Origin: Fimbriimonadales bacterium
GTDB lineage: Bacteria > Armatimonadota > Fimbriimonadia > Fimbriimonadales > ATM1
Length of the DNA: 25,383 nt
NCBI GenBank assembly: GCA_051003155.1
Contig: JBPCLO010000033.1
Span: 1 to 25,383 of the forward strand
Direction: 5' to 3'
Made by a program: the position numbers and the translations under genes. Position 1 is the stretch's first letter. Every line of letters starts with the position of its first letter. The notes beneath the pieces were generated by a model. It was not told where the DNA came from. It made no database searches and was given only the letters and a program-made list of their open reading frames with translations. Shown here in pieces: positions 8,372-17,691 of this stretch.

Positions 8372-8801
8372 TATAGATCAGTGAACGCTCCAACGCAGTT
8401 TGCCCATTGCCCAGAGCGCCTAACCGCGCCGTCGTGCCGCCCATGCTGTATCCGAAGACATCCGCGCCCTTGATCTTGAGCTGCTTTAGAAGCTCGGCGG
8501 TGTCCGATGCCATTTGCCGGTAGCCGAGCGGGCTATCGCGGTCTGCGGTATGCCCGTGGCCCTGCTGCTCGATGATGACAACTTGGCGGTTCTTTGACAA
8601 GTCCGGCAACATCGAACTCCACATCTCAGCGGTGCCGAACGCACCGTGTAGCACAACAAGCGGCTTGCCCGTCCCATGGACCTCGTAATACATCTTGAGC
8701 CCGTTAACGTCGGCGTATTTGCCCTTAGCTGCCTGCGCGTTTATCGGCGTTATGGCGGCGACTAGGGAGAGGGCGAAAAGTGCTCTGTCTATCCTCATCA
8801 C
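8352..8801 (-). pseudogene. Truncated secreted alpha/beta hydrolase
   Basis: Signal peptide, VNGLKMYYEVHGTGKPLVVLHG, QGHGHT and nucleophile GYSMGG. Similarity then ends at about residue 125, with no catalytic Asp/His half. RBS GGAGAAGG. Confidence 0.75.
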
Positions 8802-8867
8802 CTTCTCCTACCCCGTCGCTCTGGGGATTTCGTCCGCGTCGGTCGATCCGGCTTAGGTCCGGCGACG

Positions 8868-9233
8868 CTATGTCTTTGATTCATCCTTCTTCTCCTTTTT
8901 CTGCGGTTCCTGAATCTTCATTTCCTGCAGGTATGCATCCAAGCGGTCGAAGCTCTGCTCCCAGTTTTCGCGGTAGCGCTCGACCCAATCGGCAACGTCC
9001 TTCAGCCGCCCCGCTACGAGGCGGCAAGGGCGCCACTGCGCGTTACGGCGGCGAGCGATCAGGCCGGCTCCCTCTAAGACCTTGAGGTGCTTCGAGATCG
9101 CAGGCTGCGTCATCGTGAATGGCGCGGCGAGCTCTTTGACCGAGGCTTCGCCCGAGGCGAGCCTAGCCAAAATCGCCCGCCTAGTAGGATCGGCGAGGGC
9201 TGCAAACGTCGTGCTCAGATAGTCTTGCTGCAT
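8868..9233 (-). CDS. ArsR/SmtB family transcriptional regulator (SRPBCC-associated type)
   Basis: FAALADPTRRAILARL, SVKELAAPFTMTQPAISKHLKVLEGAGLI, QWRPC, WEQSFDRLDAYL. Confidence 0.95.
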   Translation of the reverse strand: MQQDYLSTTFAALADPTRRAILARLASGEASVKELAAPFTMTQPAISKHLKVLEGAGLIARRRNAQWRPCRLVAGRLKDVADWVERYRENWEQSFDRLDAYLQEMKIQEPQKKEKKDESKT

Positions 9234-9238
9234 GCGTA

Positions 9239-9271
9239 ATAAACCTTTCGGTTATATAACTAATGGGTATA
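9239..9271. promoter_or_regulatory. Tandem imperfect palindromes, probable ArsR autoregulatory operators
   Basis: ATAAACC-TTTC-GGTTATAT overlapping TATAAC-TAATG-GGTATA, between the -10 element and the arsR start. Confidence 0.6.
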
Positions 9272-9297
9272 ATACTACTCTACGCAAACGTTGTCAA
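9269..9297 (-). promoter_or_regulatory. Sigma70-type promoter of the arsR-family operon
   Basis: Minus strand TTGACA (9297-9292), 17-bp spacer, TATTAT (9274-9269). Confidence 0.8.
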
Positions 9298-9350
9298 GTG
9301 TTTTGGGGACTTTTTGCGCCCGGACCTTGTGACAAACTATAGTCTGGCAA

Positions 9351-10763
9351 ATGCGAGTTCCTATCCTCATGATCGAGTGCCAAATCGCTTTGATCTGCGC
9401 TTGCAATGGCACGAACCAGCCTGAGGCCACCACCTCAACCACCCCGCCACCGCTCGAAGCTCGGACGCCGGCCGTGCGGGCTGCCAAACCGAAGGCGATC
9501 AAGAACGAATTGGTCATGTCACCCGGAATGACGATCACCGCTACAACTTCCGGCGGCAAAATGGTGATCACGGCGATAGACGAGTTTACGCGAACCTACA
9601 CCTGGGAAGGCGCGACTCGATCTGCCGAGCTCCAACCGAGGACGGAGCGCTGGTACGGGAGCCTTGGCGCTTACTTTCCCGGGCCTGGCGACCACTGGAA
9701 GAACCACAACGGCATCACGCGCGGGGTGCTCGAAGAAGGACAGCGTCATGTTAAGACCGTTGCCGAAGCCCTGAAGTGGATCAGGGAGCAGAGCTGGCAG
9801 CGGCATGTCCACCGGGACGATGGGCTTTTCGTTGGCTGGGGCAAGGTGCCGGAGCGCAACCAGCTGAACGTCGAGGTCTGGCAGATCTACGTCAAGGGCA
9901 AAAAGCCGACTCGCTTGCCGGGCAGCAACAACAAGGCAATCGTCGTTCGCTCAGTGAAACTGCGGGCGACCAAAACCTCTTTGGTCGAGGCCGTTCGCAA
10001 GAACGATTATGCCGCCGTAAAACGGCTGTTGAGCAAAGGCGCAAACCCCGATGTTAAGAACGCCGCGGGCTCACCCATGCTCTCGGTTGCCGGCGCGCGC
10101 GGCTACACGGCGGTCGTTCGCGTCTTGCTCGAGGCTGGGGCCGATCCGAACGCGAAGAATATCGAACTGGAAGGGGAAACGCCGCTCCTTTTGGCCAATA
10201 ACATCGACATCGCAAGGCTGCTATTGAAAAAGGGCGCCGATCCGAACGCCGCCCATACACGAGGAATGCTGCGAGGCCATACGGCGCTCATCGGCGCGGC
10301 GATGAGTGGCGACGCCAAATTGGCAGAGGTGTTGTTGAAAGCAGGGGCGAACCCGCGAACAGCGACGGCGAGGGGCGATACAGCGCTGCACTGGGCATCA
10401 GGCAGTGCAAGCATGGCCATCGCCGAGATGCTGCTAGAGCGCGGCGTCGAGGTCGATGCCCGAGATTGGGCCGGGACGACGCCTCTCATACAAGCGGTTA
10501 GACGGGCGAGCCGGGCGTCTCTCCGCCACCGGATCGCGATAGTCAAGTATCTAATCTCCAAGGGTGCGAATGTAAATGCGAGGCTAGACAGGACTCGGAT
10601 AGAATATTGGCGCGCCGTATTCGTGGGCGACGAGAAGGCTATGAAACGCATCGAGCAGAGCGGAAAGCTGCTCAAACTTAACGAGGATGGCCCCTCCGTC
10701 CTAGAAAGCGCCTGGGACGAGGAGATCAAAGCGATCCTGCGCAATGCAGGCGCAAAGGGCTGA
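9351..10763 (+). CDS. Ankyrin repeat protein with unknown N-terminal domain, possibly exported or a lipoprotein
   Basis: Several repeats (LLSKGANPD, LLEAGADPN, GETPL, GHTALI, GDTALHWA, GTTPLI, GANVN). N-terminal IALICAC followed by a Pro/Thr linker. Confidence 0.88.
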   Translation: MRVPILMIECQIALICACNGTNQPEATTSTTPPPLEARTPAVRAAKPKAIKNELVMSPGMTITATTSGGKMVITAIDEFTRTYTWEGATRSAELQPRTERWYGSLGAYFPGPGDHWKNHNGITRGVLEEGQRHVKTVAEALKWIREQSWQRHVHRDDGLFVGWGKVPERNQLNVEVWQIYVKGKKPTRLPGSNNKAIVVRSVKLRATKTSLVEAVRKNDYAAVKRLLSKGANPDVKNAAGSPMLSVAGARGYTAVVRVLLEAGADPNAKNIELEGETPLLLANNIDIARLLLKKGADPNAAHTRGMLRGHTALIGAAMSGDAKLAEVLLKAGANPRTATARGDTALHWASGSASMAIAEMLLERGVEVDARDWAGTTPLIQAVRRASRASLRHRIAIVKYLISKGANVNARLDRTRIEYWRAVFVGDEKAMKRIEQSGKLLKLNEDGPSVLESAWDEEIKAILRNAGAKG

Positions 10764-10788
10764 TCAAGGTTATCCTCCGAGGCGCGGC

Positions 10789-11445
10789 TTAAAGTAGCGT
10801 CTTAGCTGTTGCGAGAGCTTCAGCCAAGAGCGCATCTAAAAGCTCGATTTTCTTGTCGCACCGGGCATTGAGGTTCCGCACGGCCTCGCGCATGCGGCCC
10901 TGATACTCCGAGACGGAACCGAGTGATGCACGCGTGCGTTCTTTGAGGTTATCCCACTGACTCGCATTGGCAGGAAGTTGCAGGTCAGAAGCGAACAGTG
11001 CCGGATCGTCGCCTATGTCGATCAGACGGATTTCTCGCAACAGGCTGAACACCCGGTCCGCTGTCGCCCGCGCTTCTTCTGCTGCGTACAGGCGCACAAG
11101 GGCGTGAAACGACTGAACGAACGCCGACTCCCGCTGAACCCGGCGGGAGTGCTTATTCGTCAGCCCGGACATGTTTTCGGAAAGCCAATCCATGGGGGCC
11201 CGGCTCGCTCCGCGCCGGCCGGCCATTCGTTCATTGAGGAAAGCTTCAAACTCCCCTTCCAACCGCTCAGACTCGCCCCGGGATTGGGCGAGTTCCTGAG
11301 ATTCCTCCGCTGAGATGGCGGCCACGATCTCAAGAGCCGTTACAAGGTCGCGCGCCGCCTCGTCCTTCACCACAACTAGCCTACCCTCAGTGCCACCGCC
11401 GGAAGTCACCACTGCATAGGCAACTCGCGAGGTGGAAGCCTCCAA
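10789..11445 (-). CDS. Hypothetical helical protein
   Basis: 218-aa ORF filling the gap between two plus-strand genes, with protein-like composition. No motif recognised and start uncertain. Confidence 0.55.
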   Translation of the reverse strand: MEASTSRVAYAVVTSGGGTEGRLVVVKDEAARDLVTALEIVAAISAEESQELAQSRGESERLEGEFEAFLNERMAGRRGASRAPMDWLSENMSGLTNKHSRRVQRESAFVQSFHALVRLYAAEEARATADRVFSLLREIRLIDIGDDPALFASDLQLPANASQWDNLKERTRASLGSVSEYQGRMREAVRNLNARCDKKIELLDALLAEALATAKTLL

Positions 11446-11576
11446 CCGAGATGGGTGGAGTCATTTAAACGTATGCGAAATTACTCCGTGAAACCTTGCC
11501 ACCGCGTACAATGATGATGTTGTCGCGAGTGGCCGCGCAGCCTTGATGTGCGAGCCGATTTAACAAGGAGAGAGAA

Positions 11577-12557
11577 ATGATTTCAGTGACCATATCCGCG
11601 CGGGCGATCCTAACCGGCGCGCTCCTGGCAATCTGGGGAGCGGCGGCCCTGCCGGCTTCCGCCCAGTTGTACTTTTCGGACCTTTTCAACCCGAACTTCG
11701 AGACCGGCCACATCAACCGGGTCAATACCGACGGCTCGGGACTTACGGAACTCGTGAACACCGGCGGCGGCGGCGGCGGCCGCGGCCTCGACGTGGATCT
11801 GCAGGGCGGAAAGATGTATTGGGCCGACGTGAATGATTCCATCATTCGCCGTGCGAACCTCGACGGCAGCGGCCAGGAAAACCTCCTCAAGCTAAGCGGC
11901 AAAGAGCTGCCTTTTCCCTCGGCGCTCGCTGTGCACAACCCCAGCAGGAAGTTCTATTGGGGCGACCAGACCCTGGGAACGATGAACCGCGCCAACCTCG
12001 ACGGGTCCGACTCCGAGGTTCTTTTCTCGACGTCGTTTCATCGCGGGCTCGCCATCGACAGCGTGAACGGCAAGATGTACTGGAGCACTTCGATCAGCCA
12101 GTTCAAGGGCGAAGTCTGGCGCGCAAACCTCGACGGCTCGGATCGAGAGGTCGTCCTGGCCAGTAACGACGAACGCTTCAAGCCGAACAAACTCGCCCTG
12201 GACATCGGCAGCGGAAAGGTCTACTGGACCGATTACGTGGTCGACATCGTGCGGCGATCGAACCTGGACGGTTCGGGCATCCAGAACCTCTACACGCCGC
12301 CGTTCAATCGCAATCCGCAAGGCATCGCGCTCGACCTGGTGGCCGGCCAAGTCTATTGGGGCCAGGATATCGAGATCGAAGGTCACACCGGCAAGATCAT
12401 GACGATGAACCTCGACGGGTCGAACGCGCACGACTTCCTTGGTGGGTTTGGCCACGTCAACGAAATCGTGTTTGCGCCCGTGCCGGAGCCCGCGACAATC
12501 TTGGTCGTCTTGGTCGGTGCGCTGGGGACCATGCGACGCGCTGCCCGCAGGCCCTAG
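11577..12557 (+). CDS. PEP-CTERM-anchored YWTD (LDL-receptor class B-like) beta-propeller protein
   Basis: AAGGAG RBS; signal peptide; repeats MYWAD/FYWGD/MYWST/VYWTD/VYWGQD each followed by an (R/T)xNLDGS-type motif; C-terminal VPEPATILVVLVGALGTMRRAARR. Confidence 0.92.
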   Translation: MISVTISARAILTGALLAIWGAAALPASAQLYFSDLFNPNFETGHINRVNTDGSGLTELVNTGGGGGGRGLDVDLQGGKMYWADVNDSIIRRANLDGSGQENLLKLSGKELPFPSALAVHNPSRKFYWGDQTLGTMNRANLDGSDSEVLFSTSFHRGLAIDSVNGKMYWSTSISQFKGEVWRANLDGSDREVVLASNDERFKPNKLALDIGSGKVYWTDYVVDIVRRSNLDGSGIQNLYTPPFNRNPQGIALDLVAGQVYWGQDIEIEGHTGKIMTMNLDGSNAHDFLGGFGHVNEIVFAPVPEPATILVVLVGALGTMRRAARRP

Positions 12558-12588
12558 CGGTAGATGGGTTACGAAAGTTTTGCAGGCG

Positions 12589-12911
12589 TCAAGCAGCCAA
12601 CCGGATAACCTTGCCCGGATGGACCTCGCTGAAAGCGCCAATCAGCTTCTGAAGGTTCGCTTCGTAGGCGGCGAGCTCAGTGCTGCCCGCTTGGATAATG
12701 ACGAGCGCTAACCGCCGGCCGGTCCACGTGTGCTGATGTTCAAGGCCCCGGTGGTGAGAGATGAGAACATCAAAGTGGCCTTCGATTCGCCTTAGCAACT
12801 CGCCATTCGAAATGCCGAACCATCTCTCGAGCGAACTGACTCGACGTGGTGACCCTCCAGCCGAATTGCGAGGTCCGGGTCAACGTTTTCGTCGAGAAAG
12901 ATCCGCGTCAA
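12589..12911 (-). pseudogene. DUF5615 PIN-like toxin, frameshifted near 12824
   Basis: TTG 12911 overlaps the DUF433 stop. MTRIFLDENVD...GHHVESVRSR continues in another frame as WFGISNGELLRRIEGHFDVLIS...LALVII; one base is missing. Confidence 0.8.
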
Positions 12912-13147
12912 GCAGCTTCTAGTTGGCGCAACAGACCGCTCTCTGCCAAGCGCAAAACTCCCACAACACGGTCGCGGGGGATGTGCGGGTACGTATTGAG
13001 AAAGCTGTCCAGAGAGCCTCCGTTGGCTATCCAGTCGAATAGGTCCTGCACCCGGACGCGCGTTTCATAAATGCACGGCGAGCCGCTCATGCGGTCCGGG
13101 TCTTGCCAGATGAGGTGTTCCCACATCTTAGGCACCGTAGGCTCCAT
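12908..13147 (-). CDS. DUF433 family antitoxin
   Basis: DPDRMSGSPCIYETRVRV...FLNTYPHI motif, coupled to a DUF5615 gene. Confidence 0.9.
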   Translation of the reverse strand: MEPTVPKMWEHLIWQDPDRMSGSPCIYETRVRVQDLFDWIANGGSLDSFLNTYPHIPRDRVVGVLRLAESGLLRQLEAA

Positions 13148-13668
13148 GTCTAAACCATACCCATCTCCTCTCGGCCCCGGTGCCTGGTGGTCCGATTTGT
13201 TTTGGTGGAAGAGATCGACGTAGACGCCTGGAGCCGGGCCTGCAGGTTCGATGGGTGTGATGTCAGGCGAAGAACCCCCATACTTAAAGCTCGAATGGAT
13301 TTAGCGACATTTATAGCAAACGCGGGTGCTACTTCGGCAACGTGACGTCGCCCTGGATATCGGGTCAGGAGGCTTACGGTTGGCGGGTGCAAACTACGAA
13401 CAGCCAAAATGGTAAGCGCCCAGCGGAAGTACTCCGGGGTACTCGTCTGGAACGACTAGCCTGCAGGGGCGTCCCCTGGAATGGGGGCGCCCTTCCACGG
13501 CGGCACCGCGCCCCTTATGCTCGATCAACTACCGCCGGTTACCGCCAACTCCCCAGATCGCTCGTTGCGACGTTCAAATACCGACGACGAAATCGGGAAG
13601 CCGTCATGGAGAGCTCGCAACCGTTCTTGGCCCTGGGAACTGTCAGTCGCTTGTCCTCTCAAAAGGAG

Positions 13669-13962
13669 CTACTTGGAGGCGAGTATTTCCACTTTTTCGA
13701 TGGTTGGCGGCGCGGAGAGCAATTCGCCGGCTCGCGACATAAGGGCGGCCGCGATCTCGCCGTCGAGGTGTGCTTGTCGCCCGCCTTCATCGGCAAAAGT
13801 GTCGAAGATTCCGAAGGTCGATGGGCCGATCTGCAGAGCGTACCATCTCAGGGTTCCCGCCTCCGATAGGGCGAGCGGCAGAGCCCCCTTGAGTAATTCG
13901 GCTACCTCGGATTCCTTTCCGGGTCGGGCTTCGAGTCGGGCGAGCAAGGCGAATCGTTCCAT
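13669..13962 (-). CDS. Antibiotic biosynthesis monooxygenase (ABM) family protein
   Basis: LEARPGKESEV, EAGT..W, FGIFDTFADEGGRQAHLDG. Confidence 0.88.
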   Translation of the reverse strand: MERFALLARLEARPGKESEVAELLKGALPLALSEAGTLRWYALQIGPSTFGIFDTFADEGGRQAHLDGEIAAALMSRAGELLSAPPTIEKVEILASK

Positions 13963-14184
13963 CAACTTTTTATACCCTAATGCGTACCGGGTGTAAATTC
14001 GGGCTCGATGAGGCTGTATCCCTTATATGTTGGATCCAGGTTTTCCGGCGCCTCAACGCCCCGGGACCATTGGAATGCCGAATCGGAAATGAATCATGGA
14101 TAAGCTAGCAGAACTTGGCGCCATCGGAGGTTATGGAACGCTTATCCTGGGCACGCATCCCCAAAGTCATGCCACCCGTCCCGT

Positions 14185-14619
14185 TCAGCTTAGATCTGGA
14201 GTCGGGACTGCGCCCACCTGCTGGTATAGCGAGAGAGCGTCCGTGCCGTAGTGGGATTCCGCAAGCCGGCCGTTCTCGATGCGAAAGAAATGATTGCCCG
14301 ACCAGGTGACGGCCTTGCCGGTCGGCGGAATTACGCCGTAGGCGGTCTGCAATTCTCCTAGATGCGTGCCTTGCCACGTAAGCCGAACGCAGACCCGGTC
14401 ACCCTCTGCCACGAATTCGTGCATCGTAACCCGCAGGTCTGGAAAGGCGCGGTGGTAGCCGGCGATGATCGCCTTGATCGCCGCGCGCCCGCCCGTCTTC
14501 TCGCCCCGGTGCATGTCGTAGTCCTCGGGCAGGAGTTCGTCGAGAGCATCGACGTTCTTCCGGTTCCAAGCCTCCTCATAAGCGCGTCGTACGGTCTCCT
14601 TGTTGCCGTCCAAATCCAT
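14185..14619 (-). CDS. SnoaL-like ester cyclase family protein
   Basis: NKETVRR, AFPDL, AEGDRV, GTHLGE...IPPTGKAV, ENGRLAE. Start ATG 14619. Confidence 0.9.
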   Translation of the reverse strand: MDLDGNKETVRRAYEEAWNRKNVDALDELLPEDYDMHRGEKTGGRAAIKAIIAGYHRAFPDLRVTMHEFVAEGDRVCVRLTWQGTHLGELQTAYGVIPPTGKAVTWSGNHFFRIENGRLAESHYGTDALSLYQQVGAVPTPDLS

Positions 14620-15012
14620 GGAGTAGCTATACCCCTTTTTTGATCTGTGTTGGCGCAGTTCGGACTGATTCAGAAGCGTTCTCAAGCCTGCGGCGGCGGC
14701 TTCTACACAGTCGTGGAAGGCGAGGGCGGGCGCACAATGAGCGCCGGTCTGGGCTTGACTTTTTGCAAGGCGGCCGTCGAGGCGCAGGGCGACCAGCCAG
14801 GCGGCATATTTTGCTTCACGATTCCGCTTCCGTCGGGCGGGGTGGCCTGACTCTGTGGGCGGGCGCCGAGGATAAGCGTTAGACACTTCCGTCAGCACCT
14901 TCGGTCAAACCCCGACTCGTCAAGTCGCGGATCGTCGAGAACGAGGCGAGCGGGTACAGTGGTGTGGCTCGAAAGTCCCAAATTTGTGGGTGTGTGTAAT
15001 AGGAGGACAGGA

Positions 15013-15645
15013 ATGAACGGCGACTTGTTATCGAAGACTCTGGTTTTATTGGGCTTCGCTCTAGGAGCCTACGGTTGCACTACAGGAGAACCCGGCGCAA
15101 AGGCGGACTCCTCGCTCAAGGAACAGACGGGACTTGAACCGGCCAGTAGGAAGCAAGACGCTAAGCCGTTTTACCGGCCGAAAGGCACAGGCCCTGCATA
15201 TTGGGGCCCTGGCGATCTTTACACGCTTTTGGCCACGGGAGAGGAAACGAACGATGCCTACTTCCAGTTCGAAGCCCTCGTTCCGAAAGGGGGCGGGCCT
15301 CCACCCCACATCCATCATGGAGAGGACGAGACGTTCTACCTCGTTCATGGCGCCCTGGAGATGCGCCTCGGAGATAAGACTATCAAGGCAAGTGCAGGCG
15401 ATTTCGTGAATATCCCACGGGGCACGGTTCATAACTTCAAGAACGTCGGCAGCGATACCGCCGTCATGATCGGCACGTTCGTACCGGCCGGCATGGAAAA
15501 ATTCTTCCAAGAGGTTTTCCCCGTTGCGGAGGATAGAACGGCCACCCCTCCTGCCATCACGGACGAGCTCATAAAGAAGATGACCGAAGCTGCGCCAAGG
15601 CATCGGGTGGAGTTCGTACCGCCTGACAAAGCCGACAAGCGTTAG
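15013..15645 (+). CDS. Cupin domain lipoprotein (quercetin dioxygenase-like)
   Basis: AGGAGG RBS; lipobox LGAYGC; GPPPHIHHGEDETFY...GDFVNIPRGTVHNF; PAGMEKFF. Confidence 0.88.
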   Translation: MNGDLLSKTLVLLGFALGAYGCTTGEPGAKADSSLKEQTGLEPASRKQDAKPFYRPKGTGPAYWGPGDLYTLLATGEETNDAYFQFEALVPKGGGPPPHIHHGEDETFYLVHGALEMRLGDKTIKASAGDFVNIPRGTVHNFKNVGSDTAVMIGTFVPAGMEKFFQEVFPVAEDRTATPPAITDELIKKMTEAAPRHRVEFVPPDKADKR

Positions 15646-15794
15646 CTGCGACGATTGCGGCCTCAATCCCTGGCGAGCCCGCCGCCCTTCTCTGTTTCAT
15701 CCTCCTGTTCATGGCCGCATAGGATGGCGGCTATTGGAGCTTCGCCGCATCCGGATCTACGATGGGATTAGTCCGTACGATTATCTAGGACGGA

Positions 15795-16685
15795 TCAATT
15801 ACGTCGTGACCCGTGCCGATATGGGGACGGGTCAAATCCTTCCCACCCAATATTCGGATCGTCTGCAAACCGACGCGCCATTACTTCCATTGCTTCCAAA
15901 TTATTATCGACTAAAATGAATTGCCTGTCAAGCTGCAGACACGCCTGACCAATGGTCCCGCTGCCAGCAAAAAAGTCCATTACGGTGTCACCCGGCCTCG
16001 AAGAAGCCTTTATGATTCTATTAAGTACCCCAAGCGGTTTCTGCGTCGGATACCCCGTTTTCTCCTGTCCGTTTGTCCCCACAATCGTATGCCACCATGT
16101 ATCCGTCGGCAGCTTGCCCCTGGCGGCCTTCTCGGGTCCGACGAGCCCCGGAGCCATGTAGGGTATACGCTCGATGTCGTCATGGTTAAAGATGTAGTCA
16201 TTCGCGTTCTTCGCGTACCACAAAATGTTGTCGTGCTTGGTTGGCCATTTCTTAGTCGTCCTGGCGCCATAATCGTACGCCCATATAATCTCATTTAGAA
16301 ATGATTCGCGGCCAAATATAAGATCTAGCAATATTTTGCAGTAGTGAACTTCACGGTAGTCAATGTGGAAGTACAAGCTTCCGTTCGGTGTCAAGACTCG
16401 GTGAGCTTCTTCGAGGCGAGGTTCAAGAAATGCCATGTAGTCGTCAAACAGATCGGAATAGCTTTTCTTTCCGACGGTGATAGTTTGATATCGGAGGCCC
16501 TTGAATCCGACGCGGTCGCCGCTGTCCGAAGGAATTGTTTTTATTCGCGTCCGAGATTGAACCTTGCCCGTATTGAACGGCGGGTCTATGTAGATCAGTT
16601 GAACAGACGCGCTAGGCAGTCTCTTCAAAACAGTCAAATTGTCGTCGAAGAATATTCTGCTGGGATTAAATTGCATTTTTACCAT
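15795..16685 (-). CDS. Site-specific N6-adenine/N4-cytosine DNA methyltransferase (beta class), orphan
   Basis: Catalytic IYIDPPF precedes the SAM-binding DFFAGSGT; YPTQKP motif. Start 16685 or 16676. Confidence 0.93.
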   Translation of the reverse strand: MVKMQFNPSRIFFDDNLTVLKRLPSASVQLIYIDPPFNTGKVQSRTRIKTIPSDSGDRVGFKGLRYQTITVGKKSYSDLFDDYMAFLEPRLEEAHRVLTPNGSLYFHIDYREVHYCKILLDLIFGRESFLNEIIWAYDYGARTTKKWPTKHDNILWYAKNANDYIFNHDDIERIPYMAPGLVGPEKAARGKLPTDTWWHTIVGTNGQEKTGYPTQKPLGVLNRIIKASSRPGDTVMDFFAGSGTIGQACLQLDRQFILVDNNLEAMEVMARRFADDPNIGWEGFDPSPYRHGSRRN

Positions 16686-17142
16686 TCTCGGCGGCCTTCC
16701 TCTGATAACTGCAACAAAATCATGGGGGCCGCCGCCTTACTCTGCAGAACCAGTGCGCAAACGTTCATCGTAAGATTTTACCAACGCGCGTCCATGCGCA
16801 ATGGCACGGGCAGGCATGGACTTCGCCCGACCCGTCAGGTAGGCATTCTAGGCCATCGATCGGCCCGGGCGAACCCCTCCTATTTCTTCCGGCGGATGGT
16901 TCGCGGTCATGAAGTTGCTCCACGATCCATAGTCATTCATAAAGGGCGACGTCGGCACGCGGCGGCAGTCATCCTTAATCTGGATCACGACCCTATAGAT
17001 TGCCAACGGCCAAATCGATCAAAAGTAAGATGTTCACCCGTGACCTGCCCCCCGCGGAGTTTTTGGTTATATTTGGTTCATTTGGAGGCCGCCGTGCGTC
17101 AGTTAAATTAGGCACGGCAACGGCTTGGGCCCAGGAGATCAC

Positions 17143-17232
17143 ATGTCGACGCAAACCATCCTCATCATCATCGTTCTCATTCTTCTCTTCGGCGGAGGTG
17201 GCTGGTACTATCGCGGCCGCGGCAGGCGTTGA
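17143..17232 (+). CDS. 29-aa single-TM small membrane protein (DUF3309-like)
   Basis: AGGAG RBS, then MSTQTILIIIVLILLFGGGGWYYRGRGRR-stop. Absent from the ORF track. Confidence 0.8.
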   Translation: MSTQTILIIIVLILLFGGGGWYYRGRGRR

Positions 17233-17407
17233 GAGATCGCGGCTGAGAAGCTACGGCAACCAGCAGCAAGCAGGAGACCTTTTTGGCCTCAAAGATGGCG
17301 GGGTGGGAGGATGCGCTCAAAGCTCAACTCTTGCCCCGGCTGCCAACCGATTCCATTTCGGCGAACTCGCGTCAACTATCCACAACGGCTACCCGTCCGC
17401 CACGGCT

Positions 17408-17542
17408 CTACTTTTTCTTGCCCTTCCCTTTGTCGTTCGCTCGCGGGTCAAGGGGCGGGCGGTCAGCCCCTTGCTTCGCTAGCTTCGCCTTGTGAGCGTC
17501 GCCGGAGCCGGACGAGTTCTTCTTTGGCTTTCGATCACCCAT
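17408..17542 (-). CDS. 44-aa Lys-rich small protein
   Basis: GGGAG RBS, then MGDRKPKKNSSGSGDAHKAKLAKQGADRPPLDPRANDKGKGKKK-stop. Confidence 0.5.
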   Translation of the reverse strand: MGDRKPKKNSSGSGDAHKAKLAKQGADRPPLDPRANDKGKGKKK

Positions 17543-17547
17543 TGCAG

Positions 17548-17691
17548 CTACACTCCCTGCTTGCGGATTCGTTGGCTGGTCTTCTTTGCGGAGAGCTTGC
17601 CGATGTAGGGCTTGAGGCCCGACGTGCCGAAGGGTTTGCCCTTCAGGTTCTCGACGAACTCCTTGATCTCTTTCTTCGAACGACGATTCAT
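17548..17691 (-). CDS. 47-aa basic small protein
   Basis: MNRRSKKEIKEFVENLKGKPFGTSGLKPYIGKLSAKKTSQRIRKQGV-stop, with GC-ending codon bias; 5 bp upstream of the next small ORF. Confidence 0.55.
   Translation of the reverse strand: MNRRSKKEIKEFVENLKGKPFGTSGLKPYIGKLSAKKTSQRIRKQGV

Noticed and set aside
11762..11781. (GGC)n microsatellite
   Set aside because: Short in-frame poly-Gly codons inside the YWTD protein; expected in a GC-rich genome.
13160..13660. Possible gene fragment between DUF433 and ABM (tracked ORFs 13150..13407, 13342..13869)
   Set aside because: No recognisable motif or start signal, and the longer ORF overlaps the ABM gene antisense.
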